A DNA stretch of 35,844 nucleotides from Nitrospinota bacterium (GTDB lineage Bacteria > UBA8248). Made by a program: the position numbers and the translations under genes. Within the stretch, counting starts at the first letter, position 1; every line of letters starts with the position of its first letter. This document shows positions 28,097 to 35,844 of the stretch, one piece after another. The stretch is taken from assembly GCA_046581755.1 (NCBI GenBank), contig JAYGFR010000050.1, forward strand, positions 1 through 35,844, in the 5' to 3' direction. A model generated the notes under the pieces. It did no database searches. It was not told where the DNA came from and saw nothing but the letters and a program-made list of their open reading frames with translations.

Positions 28097-28707
28097 CTCC
28101 ATCTTTCGTGGGTATTGCTCTTCTGGCGAGCCTTCTGGGCGCGGTCCCCTTTGGGCTCATCGTTACCCGGATTTTAGGGCAGGACGACCCGAGGCAGGCG
28201 GGAAGCGGCAACATTGGGGCCACCAATGTTCTCAGAACCAGCGGGTGGCTCCCGGGGTTGCTCACATTGGCGGGGGACATCCTCAAAGGGATGGCCGCCG
28301 TCGCCATCATCCCGGGGCTGGTCTCCGCCCCGCCCGGCAACCCCTATGGCGGGGAAATTGCGGCCGCAGCGGCCGTCCTGGGCCACATGTACTCTCCGTT
28401 CACCGGTTTTCAGGGGGGAAAGGGGGTGGCCACGGGCCTGGGAGTATTTGTCCTGATGTTGCCGGGCCCGACGGCGTGGGCCGCAGCCGTATTCGCCGCA
28501 TCCGTCGCCGCGACGAAGTACGTATCGCTAGGCTCCATCCTGGCGGCGCTCACGGTGCCCCTGGCAGGGTTACTCCTAGGCTATCCGTCCGGATCCAACG
28601 GGGTGGCGGCGCTGGTTTCCGCCTTGATTATTTGGAGACATCAGGCCAACATCGGGCGGCTTCTTCGCGGCAAGGAAAACCGCTTCGGCTCTCCCAAAAA
28701 GGAATAA
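28093..28707 (+). CDS. plsY: Glycerol-3-phosphate acyltransferase PlsY
   Basis: D.R..GSGNIGATN..R, D.LKG, GH..S.F..F.GGKGVAT, YVSLGS, RH..NI.RL..G.E. TTG start overlapping the pgsA stop. Confidence 0.95.
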   Translation: MTPSFVGIALLASLLGAVPFGLIVTRILGQDDPRQAGSGNIGATNVLRTSGWLPGLLTLAGDILKGMAAVAIIPGLVSAPPGNPYGGEIAAAAAVLGHMYSPFTGFQGGKGVATGLGVFVLMLPGPTAWAAAVFAASVAATKYVSLGSILAALTVPLAGLLLGYPSGSNGVAALVSALIIWRHQANIGRLLRGKENRFGSPKKE

Positions 28708-28767
28708 ATCCTCGAATGAACTTTTCGGCGGGATACTACTCCACGCCGAAATGGATTGGACGGAAAC

Positions 28768-29136
28768 ATGCTCACCGGTTGCGCGCCTGTATTCCTGCTT
28801 GGAATTCTAGGAGTTTCCCTGGGAAGCTGGTTCTTCGGAACACACTTCGCCGCCCGCCTGACGGGTCTAATTCTGCTCGAGGGATTTCTTCTCTATTTCG
28901 GGCTCCTGAACTGGACGGCACAGTCCAACATCCGCTTCAGACCGCAGCGAGAGAAAACCTTCCCCGGAGATTCATCGGATTCGGATAACTCCACTCCCGA
29001 GGATTACGATCAGGCTCCCTTTACCGAGGAAGACCGGGCGGAGTGGTATCACTACCTGGAAACCGAAGGAAGAATTCTTTGGACGGGGGCCGTCTGTTTG
29101 GCCCTGCTAATTGCCCTGCTGATTCTCAAACACTAA
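28768..29136 (+). CDS. Small hypothetical membrane protein
   Basis: Two N-terminal hydrophobic segments, an acidic linker and one C-terminal hydrophobic segment. Fills the gap after plsY. Start ATG 28768 or TTG 28756. Confidence 0.65.
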   Translation: MLTGCAPVFLLGILGVSLGSWFFGTHFAARLTGLILLEGFLLYFGLLNWTAQSNIRFRPQREKTFPGDSSDSDNSTPEDYDQAPFTEEDRAEWYHYLETEGRILWTGAVCLALLIALLILKH

Positions 29137-29208
29137 GGATCTTTACGCCACCGGGCGCCGAAAACCGCTCTCTTACCTCAATCGGGGTTCTTTCCCCCGC
29201 ATCCCATC

Positions 29209-30015
29209 TCAGCCTCCACAGGCTCTCAGCCACCGCTCCAGGAATTCCTGAACCTCTTCCGGAGGACGGAGCCAAGCACGCGCATGTGTCGGTCTCCATT
29301 CTCTCCGCACGAGGACGGATAGCCCTCGGCTCCCCAACGCTCTGAAAGCGTCTTCATCAGTCTCATCGTCGCCCAAGTAGGCGGCGGGCGTCCCGGCCGG
29401 CGTTTCCGCGAGCAACTCCTCCACGGCGTCTCCCTTGGATCGGCCCGGCGCGCGAATCTCGATTCCTCCGTCAAACGCTTGGATCGAAAAGCCCACCCGG
29501 AGCGCCACAGGCCGCCAAACCCTACGCACCTCCACTAGCGACCTCTCTCCGATATCATTGCTCAGCCCCCGGACATGAAATGCGGCGGAAAAGGGCTTTT
29601 CCTCCAAACGTCCGGGCAAATTCGAAGATCGCCCTGCCCGGAGCGCCTCGGCGAGGCCTTCACGTTGTGTTTCGGTCGGCTTGATGCGCCGAATTTCCCC
29701 GCCGGGCAGACGGTGCTCCCTCCCGTGCGAAGCCCAAATCTCGGGTATTGGTCGAAAATCCAACAAAGGAATGATTGAAGCGAGGCTTCGGCCAGTGACG
29801 ATGACCGTTCTGGAAAGACCGGTGCGTAGAATGTCGCGTAACAGGACTGCAATTTGGGGATAGGGGCTCGCTACAGCCGGATCCTCTCGAAAGGGCGCCA
29901 GAGTTCCATCATAATCGAGCAAGAGAAGCGAGGAGGGGGCAGCATCGAGGAGCCCGAAAAAAAGCCTCAGTTCATCTCCGGTCATACCCGGGGACACCGG
30001 CCTAGCCGATTTCAC
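29209..30015 (-). CDS. otsB: Trehalose-6-phosphate phosphatase (HAD IIB)
   Basis: LDYDGTLAP, VTGR, SHG.E, E.K....HVR, KG.AV, YLGDD.TDEDAF. GTGA overlap with the treT stop. Confidence 0.88.
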   Translation of the reverse strand: MKSARPVSPGMTGDELRLFFGLLDAAPSSLLLLDYDGTLAPFREDPAVASPYPQIAVLLRDILRTGLSRTVIVTGRSLASIIPLLDFRPIPEIWASHGREHRLPGGEIRRIKPTETQREGLAEALRAGRSSNLPGRLEEKPFSAAFHVRGLSNDIGERSLVEVRRVWRPVALRVGFSIQAFDGGIEIRAPGRSKGDAVEELLAETPAGTPAAYLGDDETDEDAFRALGSRGLSVLVRREWRPTHARAWLRPPEEVQEFLERWLRACGG

Positions 30016-31253
30016 AAGTCGATGACCCTACAGGAGTTTCCACTCACCATGGTGAGCATCAGGGTCAAATATTCGCGCAGGTGACGCGTAAGGAGAAAAT
30101 TATCCCGGACAAATATATGTGCAGCGCCGCCCATCCGGTTGCGAATTTTGGGATGTTCCAAAAGATAGCGAATACGCATCGCCGCACCTTCGGGGGAGTT
30201 GACAAGAAACCCGGTATGAAAATTGTGCACCTGAAGGCAGATTCCGCCCACATTTCCACCAATCACGGGCTTGGCCTTCCACATTCCCTCGGTCACGGTC
30301 AACCCAAATCCCTCGCGAGTGGATTTTTGAATGATGATGTTCGAGGCCCGCTGGAGCGCGTTGATTGTCCGGTGTGCATCCGGTGGCAAATCCAGGATGT
30401 GGATGTCCGGATCATCCACCGCCGCATTGGAAACCTCGGCCAGGACGACCGCACCTTCCGGATCGTCGGCCGCGCCGCCACCAGCCAGAACAAGCTGTGG
30501 ATTGGGATGCCTATTCAGCTGACGGTAGGCGGCGATCACGCCGACCGGGTCCTTGAAGCGGTCAAATCGGGAAACCTGGGTTAAAATCGGCCGACCAGGA
30601 TCGAGTTCAAATCTCTGAATTACCTCTTCCACTTCCGACTCGGGAATCGACATGTTTTTTTCGCTTAGCGGATCGATGCTCGGTGCGATGAGAAACTGGG
30701 GGTGTCCCAGCGAACGGGCGAACTGGGGCATAGAGAAAATACTGGCGTCGTATCCCTCCACCTTGGGCTCGAGAAATTTCCACACCGGGCGGTGGGGACG
30801 GCTCGCGTCAATGTGACATCTCCAAATCCAGGTCCCCTTCCGGTTCGGGCAAAAGTCCAACAAGCCAGCGGGCTGGGGATCATGGATAAAAACGAAATCC
30901 GCCTCTTCGAGTTTTTCGCGCAACATTTTCGCGTTTTTTTGCTGCACCTCCTCGTAGGCGAGGACGTCTTTTTTGTCAAAATCTTCGCGAAACCCCTGGA
31001 GAGCATTGTGGATTTTTTTCGTGGCCGTGAAGAACGGTGCCTCGCCCTCGATCACTTCCCATGAGGCTTCCAGGCCCGCATCGATCATCAGGGCGATGAG
31101 CCAGTCGAGAATTTCGGCGACGCCACCGCCGGATCGAGTGGAGTTGACATGAACCACCGAGCGGCCCCTGAGCGGTTCGGCCAGCCGGTATAGTTGCGAG
31201 ATGCTTTCCTCGCCGACAACCTCCTTATAGTCGTCCAATTTTTGAGAGGTCAT
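30012..31253 (-). CDS. treT: TreT-type trehalose synthase (GT4 glycosyltransferase)
   Basis: HVNST..GGGVAEIL, HDPQP, WRCHID, PSIDPLS.KN, QVSRFD.FKDP.GVI, QKS.REGFGLTVTE.MWK. ATGA overlap with the upstream gene. Confidence 0.88.
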   Translation of the reverse strand: MTSQKLDDYKEVVGEESISQLYRLAEPLRGRSVVHVNSTRSGGGVAEILDWLIALMIDAGLEASWEVIEGEAPFFTATKKIHNALQGFREDFDKKDVLAYEEVQQKNAKMLREKLEEADFVFIHDPQPAGLLDFCPNRKGTWIWRCHIDASRPHRPVWKFLEPKVEGYDASIFSMPQFARSLGHPQFLIAPSIDPLSEKNMSIPESEVEEVIQRFELDPGRPILTQVSRFDRFKDPVGVIAAYRQLNRHPNPQLVLAGGGAADDPEGAVVLAEVSNAAVDDPDIHILDLPPDAHRTINALQRASNIIIQKSTREGFGLTVTEGMWKAKPVIGGNVGGICLQVHNFHTGFLVNSPEGAAMRIRYLLEHPKIRNRMGGAAHIFVRDNFLLTRHLREYLTLMLTMVSGNSCRVIDL

Positions 31254-31924
31254 ACCTCCAGGACTCCTTCTCCCAAAACTAGATGGGCGCGATGGAGAAG
31301 CTCCTGCCGAAGGGCGCGCAGGGTATAGTGCTGATAATCAATATTCGAAAAGGAAGCCGCGAGGTCTCCGCCCACCGATTTCCCCGAACGAAGCCATTCG
31401 AGAATATCGTGGTTGCGGTTTCCGATTTTGGTCCGGGTTTCAACGAAATGATAATAGATGCTTGGACGAGTCATTCGCCGGAGCGCCCACATGATATCTT
31501 CGGGTTTTTCAAGCGTCATTTCGGTGTCAAAGCAGAGCATGGACGAGCGCATGAAGTAAAATCCGTGACCGCGCTCCGCCATGGATATCGTTTCAATCTC
31601 GGCGAGGCGGTCCTCGATTCTTTCCAGCAGGGCCGCTCGGAGTTCTTCAACCGATTCGTGGACGCTGGGGCCGAGTATCCCGAGGCGCTCGGCCAGAACG
31701 TCGTCTCGAAGCACTCTGTAGGCCCAGGTCGCAAAATCATTCGTAAATTCGGGATCATCGAAGGTGGGCCTGAGCTGGGTTTCGCAAAAATGGTGGTAGA
31801 TGCTTTCGGGAGAGCATCTTTCGGCTCGGTCTCTCAATTCTCGAAGATTAATTGCCGAAGGCTGACCATCCATTTGGACAATGAGGGCGCACGCCTTAAT
31901 TTGAAATGAATTCACAGCGGTCAA
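31250..31924 (-). CDS. DUF5752-like (OrfY-like) protein of unknown function
   Basis: 224 aa with two internal repeats (SIYHHF...NDFATW; SIYYHF...HDILEW), directly upstream of treT. TTG start. Family name from recall. Confidence 0.75.
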   Translation of the reverse strand: MTAVNSFQIKACALIVQMDGQPSAINLRELRDRAERCSPESIYHHFCETQLRPTFDDPEFTNDFATWAYRVLRDDVLAERLGILGPSVHESVEELRAALLERIEDRLAEIETISMAERGHGFYFMRSSMLCFDTEMTLEKPEDIMWALRRMTRPSIYYHFVETRTKIGNRNHDILEWLRSGKSVGGDLAASFSNIDYQHYTLRALRQELLHRAHLVLGEGVLEV

Positions 31925-32002
31925 TTTATTCTTTTAGGCGGACAGTAAAATGTTCCAATTAGCCATAATTCAATGTGTTAGACTCGCCTATCCTCCATGC
32001 GA

Positions 32003-32031
32003 AAGATGCCATACCGGGGCGGGCGGGTCAA
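32003..32031 (-). promoter_or_regulatory. Putative sigma-70 promoter of the DUF5752-treT-otsB operon
   Basis: On the - strand: TTGACC (32031-32026), 17-nt spacer ending in TGG (extended -10), CATCTT (32008-32003). Confidence 0.45.
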
Positions 32032-32166
32032 TGAAAATCCTTTGCCTCCCCGCGATTTTTTGGGCGGAATGCTTGGCCGCTCCTGGCTGAATGGCCCCGG
32101 ACGCTCCAATCGTGTAAATATTAGGGAGCCTTTGATCGTACCACTTTAAGGAAATTCATTGACCCG

Positions 32167-34479
32167 ATGAAGCCGTGTGCTCCTCAATTTGAAATCCGGT
32201 CAAAATTGTGGCGAGCCATTCCCTTGGTTCTACCAGGTGTATTGTTGCTTCTTTGCACATTTATATCGCCTTTGCCCGGATTCGGGGCCCTCACTCCTTC
32301 CCCAGGAGGTGTGGCCGAAAAACCAGTCAGTGAAGAAGCGTCGAAGGAAGAAGTCAGGGCACTCATCCAAAAAATTGAAAACCCCACCAAGCGCAAAACA
32401 CTTCTCAAGGAACTTCGTTTGCTCCTTCGCTCGATGGATGCGGATAACGCCGGCTCTCAGGCCGAGGTGTCTTCCATCAATCACATCTACGCCGGACTCA
32501 TCCAAAGGCTGGAGGATTCCCTCACCAGGAGTTTTAGGGCCTTTGGCGGCCTGCCGCAAAAAATGCGGCGAATCGGCGCAAGATGGCAGAGTATGTACAA
32601 CGAAGGATTCTCATTTTCGGGCATCATCCGATTCGTAGCGGCCATCTCACTCGCGCTGTTTTTTTGGGTCGGCGTCCGGCGGGTACTCCGTCGCTACCTT
32701 CCTCCCGCGAATGGAGAGGGAACGCCCTCCCTCCAAGAGCAAATTAGCTCCGCATTTCGGCATTGGCTTGAAAGATCCCTGCCGCCTGCCGTCTTTCTAT
32801 TGGCGGGATCGCTATTTGTGATTTTCTTCGGTCTCGGAAGAATGGAGGAGAGTCTCCTTCTGATCGTCCTCTGGTCGCTCTTTTTGGAACGGGCACTCGT
32901 GGGCGCCATTCGTGCATTCCTGGCTCCGGTCAGGCCCACGCTTCGAATCATTCCTCTTACGGACGAAATTTCCGGCCTCATATCTTTGTGGGGCCGGCGC
33001 TTCGTCATCGTGGCCATTTGGGGGGGGGCCATTGCCCAGGCCGCGAAGGTTCTGGAACTGGGTCCAGAGACGGCCGCCGTGCTAACGAACGCCTACCGTC
33101 TGATCTTGCTCCTTCAGACCGTGGCGTTGATATTGCAATTCCGCGATAGCGTGCGGAGGCTTTTCTCGGCCAATGAACCCGAGGATGCCAGCGGGACAGT
33201 GCGGGCCGCTTTCGCAACATGGAATATCCTGATTGCCCGCTGGCATTTCATCGCCGTTCCTTATCTCATCGTCTTCTTTTTGCTCTGGGCTGCGGAATCG
33301 AGGGATGGCGTAATATTTTTAATAACGGCCACAGGTATGACGGCTGGAATTCTGACGGCGGCCTACGTTCTAATCCGGCTAGTGCGAATCGGTGCAGTGC
33401 GCCTGTTCGCCGTCGGTGATCGGCTCAAGGCCCTTGTGCCCGGCATTGAGAAAAGGGCGAACCAATATACACCGCTCATTACACGAGCCCTCACCGGCAT
33501 CATTTGGGCGGCGGCGGCCCTCCTTGTCCTGGACGCCTGGGGGCTGCCGACACTCGATACAATTTTCTCCGCTGCCGGTGTGAATTTTTTCGCTTCGTTG
33601 ACTGGAATCGTTATTACATGCGCCGTTACGATTATTATTATCGAGAGCGCTAACGCGACCGTCGAATATTTTTTGAGCACCCGGCGTGATGATCACGGCA
33701 ACCTCATCGAACCCTCGCCTCACCAACGAACGCTCTTTCCCCTCGCCTATTCCGCGCTCAAGTGGATCGCCATTGCCGTCGCAGGAATTATCATCCTGGG
33801 CAGCATGGGGGTGGACATCGCCCCCGTCCTGGCCGGCGCGGGGATACTCGGCCTTGCCATCGGATTTGGCGCCCAATCGCTCGTCAAGGACATCATCACG
33901 GGCTTCTTTTTGCTCATCGAAAACAATATCGCCATTGGCGACATCGTGAAGGTGAAAGACGTTGCCGGGAGTGTCGAGGGGTTCAACCTTCGCTCGGTCC
34001 GCCTTCGCGCATACAACGGAAACGTCCACGTCATCCCAAACAGTTCCATCGATGTCGTCACTAACTACACGAAAGAATACAGCCGCGTCGTGTTCGACAT
34101 CGGGGTGGCCTATAAAGAGGATGTGGATCGCGTCATGGACGTTATCCGCCGGGTGGGTGAGGAAATGGCCGCTCATCCGGACTGGGAAGAACAGATTCTA
34201 GAATCTATCGAGATTGCGGGCCTGGATCGGTTCGACGATTCGGCTGTGACAATTCGCGGACGGATCAAAACCCATCCCAAGAAGCAATGGGGGGTGCGGC
34301 GCGAATTCTACCGGCGCATCAAGAATGCGTTCGATGCGGAAGGAATCGAAATTCCATTCCCCTACCGGACGCTCAGCTGGGCTAAGGATTCTCCCCCCCA
34401 TCCCGGCCGGGAAATCAACGAATCTCTATCCTCCCCCCCAGGCCTGGGGGCCACGGGGAGAACCCTGGATCGGAATTAG
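32167..34479 (+). CDS. Large MscS-family mechanosensitive channel (YbiO-like)
   Basis: Signal-like N-terminus and many TM segments. C-terminal core LAGAGILGLAIGFGAQSLVKD...G, GD.V, G.VE...LR, IPNS.I..V.N, GIEIPFP. Confidence 0.9.
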   Translation: MKPCAPQFEIRSKLWRAIPLVLPGVLLLLCTFISPLPGFGALTPSPGGVAEKPVSEEASKEEVRALIQKIENPTKRKTLLKELRLLLRSMDADNAGSQAEVSSINHIYAGLIQRLEDSLTRSFRAFGGLPQKMRRIGARWQSMYNEGFSFSGIIRFVAAISLALFFWVGVRRVLRRYLPPANGEGTPSLQEQISSAFRHWLERSLPPAVFLLAGSLFVIFFGLGRMEESLLLIVLWSLFLERALVGAIRAFLAPVRPTLRIIPLTDEISGLISLWGRRFVIVAIWGGAIAQAAKVLELGPETAAVLTNAYRLILLLQTVALILQFRDSVRRLFSANEPEDASGTVRAAFATWNILIARWHFIAVPYLIVFFLLWAAESRDGVIFLITATGMTAGILTAAYVLIRLVRIGAVRLFAVGDRLKALVPGIEKRANQYTPLITRALTGIIWAAAALLVLDAWGLPTLDTIFSAAGVNFFASLTGIVITCAVTIIIIESANATVEYFLSTRRDDHGNLIEPSPHQRTLFPLAYSALKWIAIAVAGIIILGSMGVDIAPVLAGAGILGLAIGFGAQSLVKDIITGFFLLIENNIAIGDIVKVKDVAGSVEGFNLRSVRLRAYNGNVHVIPNSSIDVVTNYTKEYSRVVFDIGVAYKEDVDRVMDVIRRVGEEMAAHPDWEEQILESIEIAGLDRFDDSAVTIRGRIKTHPKKQWGVRREFYRRIKNAFDAEGIEIPFPYRTLSWAKDSPPHPGREINESLSSPPGLGATGRTLDRN

Positions 34480-34489
34480 ATGAAAAAGA

Positions 34490-35155
34490 TTAAAATTTTC
34501 CGGTGATCTGCGTGCTCCTCAGGAGAGCGGGAAGCTCCGTCAGGTCCTGAATTCGATTGGGGCATTTTTCCATTTCGGCAGTGCTTCCAAGCCGGGCAAT
34601 GAATGGGACGCCCGCCTCATCGGCGGCATCCCGGTCCGTGGGGTAATCTCCAATAAAAACCATCTCCCCCGGTGCGAACCGCGAATTTTTCGCAATCAAA
34701 CGCAAAATCTGGGTCTTGTTCATTGGGGAACCGTAAACATTCCGGAAAAACCGCTCCAGCGCCCTCTCTCGCACAATTTGGCTGAGTTCATCTTCCGGTG
34801 TCGCCGAAGCGATATACAAGTGATGCTGCCGGTGAAAGGCCTCCAAAAATTCCATTGCCCCGGGCACGAAGGGCGCATCCATCACCCGCTCCAGCATCAG
34901 GTACACATAACGGGCCTCCAGTTCATCGACCCGGCCGGATGGAATCTTTTCGCGCAAAATGCGCGCGTAGATTTCCTCGAACTGCCTGCGCCTCGGTAGG
35001 CCACCCAGCGATTCCTGATATTCCAGAATCGGGTCCAAATGCTCGGAGAATTCTTCTTCAAATAGTTGCCTGTAGGCGCGCTTCTTGATTCCCGCCGATT
35101 CAACAATTACGCCGTCGAAATCGAGGATGACCGCCCGAATGGCCCGAAAATTCAT
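34490..35155 (-). CDS. HAD-superfamily hydrolase (Gph-like, subfamily IA)
   Basis: Motif I LDFDGVIVES, motif II IASAT, motif III Lys (GSP..K), motif IV FIGD...D. Confidence 0.85.
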   Translation of the reverse strand: MNFRAIRAVILDFDGVIVESAGIKKRAYRQLFEEEFSEHLDPILEYQESLGGLPRRRQFEEIYARILREKIPSGRVDELEARYVYLMLERVMDAPFVPGAMEFLEAFHRQHHLYIASATPEDELSQIVRERALERFFRNVYGSPMNKTQILRLIAKNSRFAPGEMVFIGDYPTDRDAADEAGVPFIARLGSTAEMEKCPNRIQDLTELPALLRSTQITGKF

Positions 35156-35227
35156 GACAAAACCTCAGAAAATATCCCCAAACCTAGCGGGAAAAAAAGG
35201 GTGACCATTAGCGAATTGATTAAATTA

Positions 35228-35315
35228 TGGTGCCGGAGGGGGGACTCGAACCCCCAAGCCCGCAAGGAGCGGTGGATTTTGAGTCCACTGCGTCTACCAA
35301 TTCCGCCACTCCGGC
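35228..35315 (-). tRNA. tRNA-Leu (anticodon CAA)
   Basis: Reverse complement GCCGGAG-TGGCGGAATTGGTAGACGCA-GTGGA-CTCAAAA-TCCAC-long variable arm-GGGGG-TTCGAGT-CCCCC-CTCCGGC-A-CCA. All stems pair and CCA is encoded. Confidence 0.97.
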
Positions 35316-35324
35316 ACCGTTTAT

Positions 35325-35337
35325 TATCAATAATTTA
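35325..35337 (+). promoter_or_regulatory. IHF consensus site next to the tRNA 5' end
   Basis: TATCAATAATTTA matches WATCAANNNNTTR exactly. Confidence 0.4.
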
Positions 35338-35708
35338 TATAGATTCCAGTTTACAAATGGTAGATACTACACTGAATACTGAACCCACATGCGTGGTCCA
35401 AATTTCTCACCTGTACCCGTTTCACTTCCCTACTCCCGTCAATGCATCCACATTCCAATTTATCACATTTCTCATCAATTATGCGATGGTTACTCAGGGA
35501 CCGATCCACTACTTTTCTCACAACGCGTCTGATTAACCTGAAAGAGATTTCATTGAGATGGACGGAAGATCAGTTTGTCGCATTTGATGGGGATGATTAA
35601 CATTTCTGGGACGATCATTCTTTTTCTTCATCCAGTTTTTCATATAATCCCACATTATGCGGCGGAACAAAGCAAAAAGAGGCCGGAATCTTTGTAACCA
35701 CATGATAT

Positions 35709-35844
35709 TGACCTGGTCCCCCCCCAAAACCGGTCCATGCTGAATGAGAGGATTATGGGTACTCATTCGGTGAGACCGCCCAATCTGGGGGGATTTGCAT
35801 GAGCAAGAAGCGTCATACACCTGAGCAGATCATATCCAAGCTGA
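35709..35844 (+). mobile_element. Left end of an IS3-family insertion sequence (IS407-like group), truncated by the window end
   Basis: Terminal 5'-TG followed by ACCTGGTCCCCCCCCAAAACCGGTCCA (IRL-like), about 90 nt before an OrfA-like start. Confidence 0.8.
35799..35844 (+). CDS. IS3-family transposase OrfA N-terminus (partial)
   Basis: MSKKRHTPEQIISKL matches the KR(H/F)T.EQII..L start of IS3-family OrfA. GGGGGGA SD upstream. Confidence 0.8.
   Translation, partial: MSKKRHTPEQIISKL

Noticed and set aside
28245..28988. 247-aa + strand ORF
   Set aside because: Alternative frame over plsY, with Arg/Gly-rich composition typical of off-frame GC-rich sequence.
31283..31909. 208-aa + strand ORF
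   Set aside because: Antisense shadow of the DUF5752-like gene, which has internal repeats and operon coupling.
33379..34176. 265-aa - strand ORF
   Set aside because: Antisense to the conserved MscS core.
29209..35227. Trehalose/MscS/HAD block as an island integrated at the tRNA-Leu 3' end
   Set aside because: No duplicated tRNA 3' end, no integrase and no obvious compositional shift were seen by eye.
35066..35536. 156-aa + strand ORF
   Set aside because: Runs antisense through the tRNA (WCRRGDSNP is the typical tRNA-shadow translation).
35533..35820. 95-aa - strand ORF as a complete gene
   Set aside because: Its first part lies inside the IS left end, antisense to OrfA, so it is a chimeric frame.
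1..35844. CRISPR array, retron/RT, toxin-antitoxin or other defence locus
   Set aside because: No regularly spaced repeats and no RT, Cas, nuclease or TA-like proteins are visible. The radC here is the full-length chromosomal type rather than a mobile-element JAB-only gene.

Overview
Core-genome segment of a GC-rich, LPS-producing bacterium. Gene order resembles that of Deltaproteobacteria/Nitrospinota-like lineages, but taxonomy cannot be fixed from this window. The + strand carries: the 3' end of a probable tsaB, a DUF465 protein, a tandem ilvB-ilvB-ilvH-ilvH cluster with no ilvC, psd-pssA, lptD, ugd-uxs-radC, gmhA-hldE-hldD, an MBL-fold hydrolase with purB-purC-purS-purQ-purL-purF, an MltD-like LysM lytic transglycosylase, bamD, a group-2-like sigma-70 factor, pgsA, plsY and a small membrane protein. 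A translationally coupled - strand operon follows (DUF5752/OrfY-like, TreT-type glycosyltransferase, OtsB-type phosphatase, no otsA), divergent from a large MscS channel. The window ends with a HAD hydrolase, tRNA-Leu(CAA), an abrupt AT-rich stretch and the left end of an IS3-family element. No CRISPR array, rRNA, integrase or defence system is visible. The best candidates for under-described biology are the otsA-less trehalose/MscS module, the doubled AHAS cluster with its long structured leader, and the palindrome/uORF upstream of lptD. All calls come from motif recognition by eye; no searches were run.
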